Shown piece by piece: positions 16,250 to 27,582 of a DNA stretch of 64,000 nucleotides (positions within the stretch are counted from its first letter, which is position 1; the number at the start of each line of letters is the position of its first letter). The DNA comes from Eledone cirrhosa (taxonomy: Eukaryota), in NCBI GenBank assembly GCA_964016885.1, contig OZ024764.1:20460001-20524000 (forward strand). Reading direction: 5' to 3'. Under the pieces are notes generated by a model. The model was given only the letters and a program-made list of their open reading frames with translations, was not told the DNA's origin and searched no databases. The position numbers were made by a program, and so were the translations under genes.

Positions 16250-16960
16250 CCACCACTAAGAGATTTAGTGGGATACATGGTAAGTTAGCTAAGAATGTAG
16301 GTTTTACATGTGGTCATTGCACTGGAGCAGTAAGAAGCAATCACTTTTGGGAGACAAATTCTATCAAATATTTAAAGGGTTCCATAGAAACAGTTGACAG
16401 TTTCTGTTACCAGGGTGACCAAATTAGCAGTGGAGGTAGGTGTACTGAGAAGTACAGTAACCAGAGTAAGAACAAAATGGCAAAGGTTTAGGGTGCTACT
16501 ATTACTACTACTGCTAGCTACAAAAGGTTGTTTCTCCAAATTGATGTGTGCATATGAACAGCAATGCTGCATTGCAGTGAGGACCTCAGAAGATTGGATA
16601 GAAATGAAGCTTGAATTCTCCAATGGATGTGTAATATTAATATACATGAAGGGCAAAGTGTAAATAAACTGAGAGAGAACCTGGGCATGAGAGGGATAAG
16701 ATACAGTATGCAGGAGTGTAGATTGCTGTGGTATGGACATCTGATGTGTATGAAGGTAGAGATGTTGTATAAAAGGTTGACTGCTTGAAATTGATGGAAG
16801 AAGAAGACCTAGGAAAGCTTGGGATGAGGAGGTAAAAACTGACCTGACACCATTGTACCTCTCAAAGGTGGTGACACAGGATTGAAATCTCTGGTGTTGT
16901 ACAGTACTGCAGGAGACCTGCATTCCCATGTGCACAGGATGAAGCAACATTTAGTGGTTT
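16250..16960 (+). mobile_element. Degraded RTE ORF2 C-terminal fragment
   Basis: SGIHGKL..FTCGHCTG, ETVDSFCY.GD.ISSGG, RLLWYGHLM, RPRKAWDE across shifted frames. Confidence 0.8.
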
Positions 16961-18149
16961 GAAGTATGCCCCAATTTTCCTCCTCCCCACTTCTTAACAC
17001 TCTACCCCCTTACCAGCAAAGTAACCCCTCTGACCTACCTCTCCAATCCCCACCCCACATACATAAAGAATTGCTGCTTTCATCCTTAACGGGATCTGAA
17101 ACTGAAAAAAATCAATCTGTGAACGTAGAAGTAAATATTTCGAAAAACGTTGCAACCGAAGTAAAACAGGAAGACGATACTTTGGTTCGGGAAGACGTTC
17201 CCTGGCAATGAACGGAAAAAAGCGAAGATCATACCTCGTTATGTGGAGCGGTGAGAACAATTATACGCAAAGACAAAACCACGTTTAAGGTGTAAATGGA
17301 GTCGTAGACTAATATATTATTTAGGAAACTGAATGATTCTCAGCTTCGGAGTTCAGAATAATGTAAATAAATTAGTAGAACGAAAATGACAGCGGTTATT
17401 GAAATCATGAATCTTAAATATATACATACACACATTTATACACGTGTATATGCAAAAACACACGGCATGCATGCATATACATGTACGTACACATATACAC
17501 GCGCACACATACGTAAACAGGTGCGACACATACGAACGTATACACCAAATACACACATAAATATGTGTGTATGAGTGTATACATATATAAATATACGTGC
17601 ATAAATGTGTATAGAACGCACTCACAAATACCTACACGTAAATACACATGTTCACCAAACGTACATATACCAAAACCCTATGTACATATATACACACCAT
17701 ACATACGTGCAAACACACATACACACTCATACATACCCATATATGATGGCTGCCCCCTCGTTATCAAGTATGGCCATTGCACGAGGAAAAAAAAACAATA
17801 ATAATAATAGTAATAATAATAACGACAACAACAATAATAATATACATATATATATATATATGTATATAATAATAATAATAATAATAATGAAATTATTGTG
17901 TACAGTGCTCAGGTGCATTACAACTCATCAAAGGTGCATGTATAGTACATAGAATAATGTACAAATGTCAGGAAAATAAACAGTGTATGAGTCATGATAT
18001 AATAACAATAACAATAATGAAATATTGTGCACAGTGCCCAGGTGCACCACAACCCATCAAAAAAGTGCATGTACAGTACATAGGGCAATGCACAAACATC
18101 AGTAAAATGAACAGTGCACACATGTGTGCATGTGTATGGAAGGGGCACA

Positions 18150-20915
18150 TCAGGTGTAGTTTTGGCGTATTTCGGGAAGCATGAGTGTCTTAAAGGATGC
18201 AGTGTCTCGGCAGCTAACAATTGATGCAGGCAGTTTGTTCCCTACTTCAGCAACTCTGAGCGTGAAAAAATGTCTGCGAAAGTCATGGGAGCTGTGCTGT
18301 TTTCTTATCTTGTAGGCATGTCCACGTGTGTTAGACACATGGAGATCAAAGAGGCGCTCAGGGTTGCAGTTGGCGAGATGGTTAAAAACTTTGTGGGTAT
18401 TCACCAAGTCCACTGCCAGACGTCGGAGCTTCAATGAATCCATGCCCAGGGAAGCAAGGCGTTCAGAGTATGGTAGGTGTCTGATGGAGGGTATGCGCTT
18501 GGTTGCACGTCTCTGAACAGTTTCCAGGAGGTCAATGTTCCGAGCAAGATAGGGGTTCCAGACTGATGATGCGAATTCCAAGTGTGGTCGCACCATAGCT
18601 GTATACAGTTTTAAATAGATGGCTGGAGAGCGGCTAACAAAGGTCTTGCTGAGTGATGCCAAGACACCCTCGGCCTTCTTGACAATCTTAGAGACATGCT
18701 TTGTCCAATGCAAATCGTTGCTGACAGTAATGCCTAGGTCACGTTCACAAGAGGACTTTTTGATGTCAGTGTTGTGGAGGGAGTATGTGGACGCTGGATT
18801 TTTCCTTCCAAAATGCATGGTGGTACACTTGTCCACAGCCAGCTTCAGTTGCCAGTCTGTGATCCATTGCTGCATTGTGTCCAGGTCTGATTGTAGGAAA
18901 GAGTTGTAAATTTCAGGATCAGTCCTTTTGATTTCAAGGTACAGCTTGATGTCATCTGCATATTTTAGTACCGTGGCATTCTGTAAGTTGGCATCTATGT
19001 CATTAATATATGCCACAAACAAAAGAGGACCAAGAACAGATCCCTGTGGTACACCAGATGACATCTCATATGGTGAAGAATGCTGTCCTAGAACCGTGAC
19101 TACTTCCCTTCGGCTGAGAATGAAGGATTTCAGCCAGTCGAAAAGATCATCCCTCACACCCATTGCAGAGAGTTTTGCCATAAGTCTTTTGTGTGGCACA
19201 GAATTAAAAGCCTTAGCAAAGTCAAGGTAAACAACATCCACCCATGAGCCGCTGTCAGTGATCCGGGTGATGTCCTCAAGGAACTCGATAAGCTGATCAC
19301 AGCAGCTGGAGTTAGGGATAAATCCAAACTGTGATGGCCGGATGAGGCTGTGAGAGCTCCAGAAGTTCCAAAGTGTTTCTCTGACACAGGATACCATCAG
19401 TTTGGCCATACAGCTAGTAAGACTGACTGGACGATAGTTGACAGGTGACATGCGGTTGCCCTTTTTGAACAGGGGAATGACACTGGCAGTTTTCCACTGC
19501 TCCGGAGTAGCACCATTGCTGAGACAGTATTGAAAGAAAAAAGAAAGCTGGCGCAAAAGGAAATCCCCGCCACGTTTGAGAAGCAGGTATGTCACACCAT
19601 CAAGACCAGGGGAGGCATAGTTGCGCTTATTCTTAAGGTGACGTCGCAACATTGCAGGTGTAAATTCCATAGTTGTTATGGAATTTGATGTTAGAGATGG
19701 TGGAGATGGTACATTCTGGTTTTCAACAGTAAAAATACTTGCATAGCACTCAGCAATGAGTTCTGCGCATTCCTTGGGATCGTCAGTGATCTGGCTTGTG
19801 TGGGGATTGCGAAGAGGACCAACTGGAGAGTGAGGTCTCTGCTTTGAATGAACATATTTCCAGAACACCTTACTGTCAGGATTGGTTGCGATGCACTGTT
19901 CAAATTCAAGCACTGCCTTCTTTGTCACTTGCTTGAGATGGTTAGAAGATTTATTCCGCTTTTTTCTGTTGGCATCTGATCTATGCAGTTTATATTCCCG
20001 TTCAGCGTTCCGACGTTCTTTCCTGGCAAGTCGGACTGCTGAAGTTTCCCAGATTGCACTTTTGGGGTGGTTATTTTTCCGCTTCCGTGGCACTGATGCT
20101 GCACACGCTATCCATATTGAGTCCAGGATGCTCTGGAGTATAGAGTTCACATCTCCAGAGTTATACATCTCATGCCAGTTTGGGCGCTGTAGCTCAGTGC
20201 AGTACAAGTTCCAATCCGCCCTCTTCCAATCAAAGCAAGCAGATTGGAGATGGCCCTGGTTTTTGTTGCTGCCCTCAAGTGCCAGATTGGCAATGATCAT
20301 AGCATGATCAGAGTCGCCTAGAGGTTCCTCAGTAGTACAACTGATAACCACTTCAGGAGTAGTGGTGAAGATCAGGTCCAAAGTGTTGTCACCTCTTGTT
20401 GGAGAGGTGACTACTTGTGACCAGTTTGAGTCCAGCACTAGTTCAAGGAAATCGTTTGCACCATGTGGCCAACGAAAGGTTTCCCAATCGATCTCAGGAT
20501 GATTGAAGTCACCTGCAATAAACACATAAGTGGCTGTTTTCTTGGCAGCAACTCTGAGGATATCGCAAAGCTGTGTGTCCTGATGGTAGTTTGGGGGGCG
20601 ATAAACAACACCAAGCAGAAGTGTTGACATGGTCATACGTATGTCACAGAAAAAAAATTCTTCCTGTGATTCGTTCAAATCAACGCAAGGAATTACCGAA
20701 AAGTTTGAACGAACGTAGACCATCACACCACCACCACGGCGGTTAATGCGGTCCTTGCGGAAAAGGTTGTACCCAGTAATGGTGAAAACCCCATCACAGA
20801 GTAAGGAATGTGCCCATGTTTCCGTGACTGTGATGAAGTCAGGGTCGATGCTTCTGACGTAGGATTCGAACAGATGTATCTTGTTGCATAAACTGCGAGC
20901 ATTTAAGGACAACAA
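18150..20915 (-). CDS. LINE ORF2: AP endonuclease plus reverse transcriptase, no AUG at the start
   Basis: LNARS, VTETW, RGGGV, VYRPP, GDFNHP, TRGDNTLDL, SDH. Then NYRPVSLTS, QFGF, YLDFAKAF, GVPQGSVLGPLLF, YADD, ERDLG, VRPHLEF, ETVQRRATK. 921 uninterrupted codons. The frame is open upstream to about 21020. Confidence 0.95.
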   Translation of the reverse strand: MLSLNARSLCNKIHLFESYVRSIDPDFITVTETWAHSLLCDGVFTITGYNLFRKDRINRRGGGVMVYVRSNFSVIPCVDLNESQEEFFFCDIRMTMSTLLLGVVYRPPNYHQDTQLCDILRVAAKKTATYVFIAGDFNHPEIDWETFRWPHGANDFLELVLDSNWSQVVTSPTRGDNTLDLIFTTTPEVVISCTTEEPLGDSDHAMIIANLALEGSNKNQGHLQSACFDWKRADWNLYCTELQRPNWHEMYNSGDVNSILQSILDSIWIACAASVPRKRKNNHPKSAIWETSAVRLARKERRNAEREYKLHRSDANRKKRNKSSNHLKQVTKKAVLEFEQCIATNPDSKVFWKYVHSKQRPHSPVGPLRNPHTSQITDDPKECAELIAECYASIFTVENQNVPSPPSLTSNSITTMEFTPAMLRRHLKNKRNYASPGLDGVTYLLLKRGGDFLLRQLSFFFQYCLSNGATPEQWKTASVIPLFKKGNRMSPVNYRPVSLTSCMAKLMVSCVRETLWNFWSSHSLIRPSQFGFIPNSSCCDQLIEFLEDITRITDSGSWVDVVYLDFAKAFNSVPHKRLMAKLSAMGVRDDLFDWLKSFILSRREVVTVLGQHSSPYEMSSGVPQGSVLGPLLFVAYINDIDANLQNATVLKYADDIKLYLEIKRTDPEIYNSFLQSDLDTMQQWITDWQLKLAVDKCTTMHFGRKNPASTYSLHNTDIKKSSCERDLGITVSNDLHWTKHVSKIVKKAEGVLASLSKTFVSRSPAIYLKLYTAMVRPHLEFASSVWNPYLARNIDLLETVQRRATKRIPSIRHLPYSERLASLGMDSLKLRRLAVDLVNTHKVFNHLANCNPERLFDLHVSNTRGHAYKIRKQHSSHDFRRHFFTLRVAEVGNKLPASIVSCRDTASFKTLMLPEIRQNYT

Positions 20916-20971
20916 TTTGTACCCTGCTCGCAGTCTATGATGGTGTGTAGAGGGTGGCAGGTTGTTCTGGT

Positions 20972-22372
20972 TTAGTTTCCCAGAGTTGTAGCAGTTTTTA
21001 CATTGCCAGTTATTGTGGGTAGATCACACTCAGACCAGCTGGTATCTCTCTTCCACGTTTCACCCGCCTTGACAAACCTCCAGATCTGCCCATCATCACG
21101 CAGACTGAAACTTTCATCTTGTGCTGAGTTCCGATTCAAGGAGGCTGCAGCACGTAGTTTTGGACGTACATGGGGTGGTAGGCCTGGGCGTGTTCGGAAG
21201 GTAATCCGATTTTCACGCCCAGCTTTAGCAGAGGCCAGATGATATGAGGTTGCCTCTGCGGGGTCCGAGAAAGACAGCCTGATGAGTCTGGGTTTTGGAC
21301 CAGGTCGACCAAGGCGGAGGGCACCCTTTGGGGGAACACAGCCTAGGTCTTTGGCCGAGCTGGCAGCAAATGCCTGAAGATCGGCCTTGTCCTCTGGTAC
21401 CCCAATGGCAATCACTTCATGGGTAGCAGATTCCGCAGTCTTTTCAGTCTTTCCAGCAAGAGGTACAGGGAGATTCTTTAGCAAGGCATTCCGATAAGAC
21501 CCCTCATTGTGGGGTCCTACCCGAATGCTTGCCTCTATTCCTGCAACTTCCCTTCTCAGAGCAGAAATCATTAGTTGCAGTTCCGCAAAATCTGTACTGG
21601 TCGGTTGTTGTTGTTGTTGTTGTTGCTGCTGCTGCTGTCGTTGTTGGTGATGATGTTCCTCCACGGGAATGGCAGGGGAGGACACAGTCGCAGGTTGTTG
21701 CTGTTGTTGTTGTTGTTGGTGATGATGATGTTCCTCCACGGGAATGGCAGGGGAGGACACAGTCGCAGGTTGTTGCTGTTGTTGTTGTTGGTGATGATGA
21801 TGTTCCTCCACGGGAATGGTAGGGGAAGACACAGTCACCAGTTGTTGGTGTCGAGATGTACTGGGAGTGGAAGACATGGGTTGTTGTTGTTTCTGATGTT
21901 CTCCCACAGGAATAACAGTAGAAGCCAGTGTCATAGGTTTTTGCCGTTGTTCAGTAACAGTGGTAGAGGAAGACACAGTCATTGGTTTTTGTTGTTGTTG
22001 TTGTTTTTCAATAACATTAATAACATTCGTGGAGGCAGGCACACAGGCCAGACACTGAAATGACCAGGATTTTAGCTGGACCATCTCCCATATTCCATCC
22101 ATCATAGCATTATGATGTCTCTTTTTTTGGCCTGGGATCCTCCGGAAGCCTGTGGCGCATTGAAGGCAGACAGAGATGCGACAGGTTCCACATTCGACCC
22201 AGCGATTACGGAACGAGTTTTCGGGTTCCGCACAGATATGGCAGATGTGATTTTCTGGGCAATGTTCTATCTTGGGACATCGGCCGGTTTTGTCACATAT
22301 TTCATCGATGGATATCACCATGGCAATTTTGTTATTTCTACCCATCCGTAGAAAAACACAGAATGGAAACAA
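20972..22372 (-). CDS. LINE ORF1: PHD-like finger, polyQ/His repeats, coiled coil, RRM-like region
   Basis: CHIC..WVECGTCRISVCLQC..FQCLAC, 3x (PATVSSPAIPVEEHHHHQn)-like units, LQLMISALRREVAGI, IAIGVPE..RLGRPGPKPRLIRLSF. The true start may be a slightly downstream ATG. Confidence 0.88.
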   Translation of the reverse strand: MFPFCVFLRMGRNNKIAMVISIDEICDKTGRCPKIEHCPENHICHICAEPENSFRNRWVECGTCRISVCLQCATGFRRIPGQKKRHHNAMMDGIWEMVQLKSWSFQCLACVPASTNVINVIEKQQQQQKPMTVSSSTTVTEQRQKPMTLASTVIPVGEHQKQQQPMSSTPSTSRHQQLVTVSSPTIPVEEHHHHQQQQQQQPATVSSPAIPVEEHHHHQQQQQQQQPATVSSPAIPVEEHHHQQRQQQQQQQQQQQPTSTDFAELQLMISALRREVAGIEASIRVGPHNEGSYRNALLKNLPVPLAGKTEKTAESATHEVIAIGVPEDKADLQAFAASSAKDLGCVPPKGALRLGRPGPKPRLIRLSFSDPAEATSYHLASAKAGRENRITFRTRPGLPPHVRPKLRAAASLNRNSAQDESFSLRDDGQIWRFVKAGETWKRDTSWSECDLPTITGNVKTATTLGN

Positions 22373-23140
22373 TATAGGTTTAGCACACTTGATTACGATA
22401 GAAATAAAATGTCTGTTTTTTTGTGTATTTTGTTTCCGTTTTCCTAAATGTTGTGTGTGTACAGAAGAGTCTGAATTACATTACATGTAAACAAATAAAT
22501 ATGCTGCGTAAGTTAAATGAAACGTACTGTAGAAGGCAGTTGTTTATTAACAGCGAAATAAGGTTTTTTTTTGTTTTTTTTTCCCCTGATACTGCTTCTT
22601 TATAGTAAACTTTCAGTAATATTTTTTTTTCCAAATTATTAACTTTCAGCTGCTAGTATATATATATATAATTAAAAGGTGTATGTGGGTTAGAAGCGAG
22701 GTCAATGTTAAGAAATATTTTACCAATGTAAATTGGTAAAATTGGCCGGTATAGTGTCTCACACGCAATAGTGTGGTTTCTTTTCACGTGTGTGTATATG
22801 CATATGGTATGTATCTGTATATAAATCTGTGTGTATATTGTTGTTTATATGTTTTGTGGAGTACTTACTGCGATCCTTAAGGGATGTAGTGATTTGTTTT
22901 GTTTTTTTTTCCTTTTTTCCCCGTCCATGTCCACACGTGGTTCGTTGGCGAAAATCAAGTCAAATTATATATACTTCGTTAAGATAATTCTATCTTGAAA
23001 CTGGTACTAGTTGTCAGGGAACAGTGAAAGTAATTGTGATAATGAATATTGTAATCCATCTGACATGTGTTTAAAGGGCAGTTTTTGGTGAAAATATTAT
23101 ATTTTGTTCGGTCAAGACGTGGTCAAGCGACCTTCCTTGT

Positions 23141-23149
23141 CGCCATGTT
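23141..23149 (-). promoter_or_regulatory. YY1-consensus motif at the presumed LINE 5' end
   Basis: CGCCATGTT matches CGCCATnTT and lies at the boundary between the LINE 5' UTR and the neighbouring RTE. Confidence 0.45.
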
Positions 23150-23188
23150 AACTTGAAGAGTTATGTTTACACACACGCACAATAGCAA

Positions 23189-23765
23189 CTAACAGCGCTG
23201 CGATCGAATGTGGTTTTTTAGCCCAGCCATTGATCTAAAATGTCTTGCACAGAGTCGGCAACCAAAACATTCACTGAGAATAGCCGGCTGTGGCTGGAGT
23301 TGATGTACTTTTGCATGTCGCTTGAGCCCTCCTGCTGATTTACATTCTCTACAACATGTTTGGCAGGCATGATGAGTAGCATCTCCAACAGCAGCCTGGT
23401 AGTCAACCACGGGTCTTACTTTATGACTGCGAAGATGACTTTCTAGTCCAGCTTTGCTTAGGCAGAGTCTCGCACAGACGCTGCATGTCAGCACTATAGG
23501 AGGACCCTCGCCGTCTGGAAGTGCAATAGCAATGCCCTTCCTCACGTCCCGCTTTACTTTCTCGTATGCGATTCGAGATGCCTCAAAGGCAACTTTTCCC
23601 TCATATATAGTCTTTCTCCATTTATTACGATCAGCAGCAACATTTTCCCATGTACCAGCAGAGATGTTAGCGTCTTTCAAAGAGGCTTTCAAGGAATCCT
23701 TATACCTCTCTTTTGGTTTATGTGGAGGTCGTTTTCCTTTAACTAACTCTCCAGAAAATAGTTGT
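23189..23765 (-). mobile_element. 5'-truncated RTE (BovB-like) ORF2 C-terminus with three C2H2-type fingers
   Basis: KQLFSGEL..GKR..PKERYKDSLKASL..WE..AADR..WR, then CSVC..HLRSH, CQTC..HAKVH, CRLC..HIRS. Confidence 0.85.
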
Positions 23766-24094
23766 TTATACATACACATAAGAGTTGTATACACATTTAC
23801 ATACATACATATATGTGTGTGTATATATATAAATATATAGATATAGAGAGAGAGAGAACAGTTGTATTGGATAATATCGCTGCTATTTCTAGCAGTTAGA
23901 GAGACTACGTACAGGTTTTCTTATTGATATATAATTGATATTTTATTGAGTGATACTTTCTGATTTACAATCAATTAAATACGATTGGAACTGTGTCAGA
24001 AGGTATTAAATTATGTCAGGGACTTTTAACGTGTGACACCGGTACGAGAGTTGAAACATTCTCAACGACACCGAGTACCTGCCATGCTTTCCAG

Positions 24095-24230
24095 CGTAGT
24101 TACGTCCCTTTACCATCTGAGTTCAAATCCCGCCGAGGTTGACTTTGCCTTTCATCCTTACGGGGTCGATAAAATAAAGTACCAGTAATGCACTGGTAAT
24201 TGCTGGCCTTGTGCCTAAAGTAGAAACAAT
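24095..24230 (+). mobile_element. tRNA-derived SINE fragment with Nin/Deu-like domain
   Basis: B-box GAGTTCAAATCC followed by GCCTTTCATCCTTACGGGGTCGATAAAATAAAGTACCAG. Confidence 0.7.
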
Positions 24231-24824
24231 TATAACTTTAACTAATCTAATTATATCTTGTGTAACAATTATATATATATACACACAATTTTAATTCCCC
24301 GACATCAGTCTTACACTGTCATATCTATTCTTACTTTACAATTGTGTCTACTAAGAGTTCCATTACAATCTGTAGTAGTAAAACTACTATTTCACCAGAA
24401 CATCTGCTACCAGTCAATTATAGACAATATATATATTTTAGACCACATATCAACCTAATATATATATATTTCCTATCAAATCTGTAGCTAAAGACATAAA
24501 GTCAGCCTCACTACTTCATTCTGACAAGATATCAATTTATGACTAAAGATGAAGAAGATACACCAAAGTTAATGTCGTGAAATAAAGCTGATAACATTGA
24601 AACTTCTAATTTGATAACAAAGAGATTATTTTTTTGGTTGTTTAGTAACAACTAACAACGCAATACATTGATTATATGTGAAGGAGGTAAGTTGACAAAG
24701 ATTTACTTATTGTCTTTATTAATGTGTGTAAATAATATAATAATGTGACCCCTACAACGATCCAGTAATTAACCAGATTCCCTGTTACATGTGATATAAA
24801 ATATATTGTTATCATGACTGTCTT

Positions 24825-25135
24825 TATTATCTAAATTACCTCCGTCTATTTAATCATCTTGTTCACTACCTTACATTATAAAATATAGTTTATATTTAGC
24901 TGTACCTTGTCATTACTTTAAGTAAGTTAAAGCTATATTTATTATTTAAATTACCTCCGTCTATTTAATTATGTGGTTCACTACCTTACATTATAAAATA
25001 TAGTTTATATTTAGCTGTACCTTGTTATTGCTTTAAGTAAATTAAAGATATTTTTATTATCTAAATTGCCTCCGTCTATTTAATTATGTGGTTACATTAT
25101 AAAATATATTTTATATTTAGCTGTACCTTGTTGTT
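24825..25135 (+). repeat. Tandem repeat of about 115 bp, about 3 copies
   Basis: AAATTACCTCCGTCTATTTAAT..ACATTATAAAATATAGTTTATATTTAGCTGTACCTTG repeated. Confidence 0.85.
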
Positions 25136-25194
25136 GTTTCAGGGAAGTTTTGTTCGTTTTAGTCTAAATCTATTCTGATTTAATTTACTTCATC

Positions 25195-27530
25195 TACATC
25201 ATCATCATAGTTTTACGTCCGTTTTTCAATCCTGGCATGGGTTGGTGGGTCCTTTTAAGCACAACATCTCACCACTAGCTTGTTCCTTCGTCATCTGTAA
25301 GTCACAGCAATTTGAGATCAGCTCTCACCACATCTACCCTCGGCTCCCTCTAGTATGGCTTCCCTTCTCTGGTTTTCCGTGGCACTTCTTTAACCAGTGT
25401 TTACCAATTTCTTCCTAATTTAATCCAAGCTCTGCCTTCCTGTCACATTTACGTTGCACACCCAACGAAGCATGGTTGCTCCATTTCTCTCCAGCTTATG
25501 CATGTCTTCTGCAGTTACTGCCCTTGTTTCGCTTCCATGCAGTATTGCACTTTACACACAAGCATTGTACAGCCAACATCTTTGTACGTAGGGAGAAACC
25601 TGTATTTGCCAACAGTGGAAGTAGCTCTCTAAACTTCAATCCTATCCTCTCTTACGAGGCACCCTCCTCCGCTGCTAATTAGGTTACCTAGATAGTGGAA
25701 GCTATCATTGTGTACAGTTTATTCCTACTTCTTTCCTACATATGCAGCAGGGTCACTTATTCTCTAGTTCTTTTATGGATTCACCTATAGGACCAGATCA
25801 TTCACATTAGACTGTTTCCCGTGAACAGCCAGTCTTAAACCCATTGGTTATGGCCTGGAGAACTATGAAGAACAGCAGTGGGTTGTGAACTGTACCATGA
25901 TGAACACCTACCTGTACATTGAATTCCTTACTAAACTCCCTTCCTATTCTCACTTTACTGACAGGTCCACTGTACATGGATTGCACTGCTCTCACAAGCC
26001 ATTCTCCACCTAATTTTCTGAAGGACCACCAGATAATAGAGTAAGGTACTCTGTCAAAGGCATTTTCTAGATCTAGGATCTTCTCTTGTAGTTGTGTCAC
26101 TAACAAGTTTCATCAGTAATTCCAAAGAGAATGTCAATTATATGTGTATGTGTGTTGAACAATGAACATAAAACAAAAGTCTCAGATTGCTTCTTAATTT
26201 ATTCTCTACATTCATCAATCTCTCATAGTAACATTTCCAGGCCTCTTTCTTTTGAGCATCAGTGGTGCTAAGTGTACCAGTGTCATTTCTACCACACCTT
26301 TCCCTGTCTTGCAATGTGGAACACTTCACACCTCTGATTCTCATGTCTCAAGACATTGGCAAATTTTCTTTTTTCAGCCTCTCTCTGTGTTATGTATACC
26401 TGTCTTCTAGCTTCTCTCTTAGCTACCTGGTCCTGGTCTGACGCCCCTATTTTTCCAGTCTTTCCAGGCCTGTCACTTGTCTTTAACCCTTTAGCATTTA
26501 AACTGGCCATATCCAGCCAGAATGCTCCCTAAACTTCTTCCAACCCGTCCTTATTCTAGATACTATGGCCTCGGAACACCCCCTCCCATGCTAATCTGAT
26601 CACCTAGGTACCGGAAGCTATCAACCACATCTCCCGAACCCACCTGTATATGAAAAGTGTGTTTATCACTGCGATTACTACTGCTAACTTTCCCTGTACA
26701 TCTGCTGCATACATAGTTATCCCTACCTGTTAGTTAGCCTGCTATCCCACTACATTTCTTGTGTACCCAACATCTGCATTGCGTACATTTTATGGAATTT
26801 ATGCCAGTTCCTTTCCCACATATCGAACATCGCCATTTCCCTGATGGAATTAGAGTTTTGTCCTTTTTTCTACTCATCAACACTTTTGTCTTAGCTAGGT
26901 TCACTCTCAGTCCTCTTGATTCCAACTGCTGTTTCCATAGCCAGAATTTATTCTCTAACCCCTCTACTGATTCTGCTATAAGAACCAGATCATCAGCATA
27001 GAGAAGTTCCCATGGGTATCCAGTCTTAAACTCCGCTGTTATGGCTTGGAGGACTATAATGAACGAGAGTGGGCTGAGGACCGAACCTTAATGTACACCT
27101 ACTTGTATCTGGAATTCCTCACTAAACTCCATTCCTACCCTCACTTTACTGACAGCACCCCTGTACATAGCTTGGACTGTCCTCACAAGCCATTCCTCTA
27201 CACCTAGTTTCCTTAGGGACCACCAGATTACAGATCAGGGTACCCTATCAAAGGCCCTCTCTAGGTCAACAAAAGCTAAGTATAGTGACTTATTCTTCTC
27301 TAAGAACCTCTCTTGTAGTTACCTCACTAAGAAGAGGGCTTCTGTTGTACTTTTCCGAGGCTCAAAACCAAACTGCATCTCATCTAAATTGACCCTTTCT
27401 CTAATCAGCGGCGCTAATATTCTCTCTGCCACTTTCATAACCTGATCCATCAGCTTTATGCCCCTATAATTGCTCCTCTCTAGAGCATCCCCTTTACCTT
27501 TGTAGAAATTTATGAGAATACTGCTGTACC
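25195..27530 (-). mobile_element. Stack of degraded RTE fragments
   Basis: DLE.AFDRVP, GVH.GSVLSPL, ELLYADDL, NYRGIKLMD, SGKW.CSICGKG..C..C..WVHKKCSGI. Confidence 0.85.
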
Positions 27531-27582
27531 TACATTATATGCTTTCATTATACCATTCTATTTAGATTATATATATTGCTTG

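Larger units (their letters stand above)
17866..23170 (-). mobile_element. Apparently full-length CR1-clade LINE, about 5.3 kb
   Basis: 5' UTR of about 0.8 kb, ORF1, APE+RT ORF2, short 3' UTR and (ATT)n tail at 17866-17888. No target-site duplication identified. Confidence 0.88.

Noticed and set aside
17353-17952. Y/I/C/V/H-rich ORFs here and at 2037, 7521, 8672 and 15569
   Set aside because: They are translations of (TA)n, (CA)n and (AAT)n low-complexity tracts.
21529-22063. Plus-strand poly-Leu/Val 'membrane' ORFs
   Set aside because: They are the antisense of the CAA/CAG polyQ tract of ORF1.
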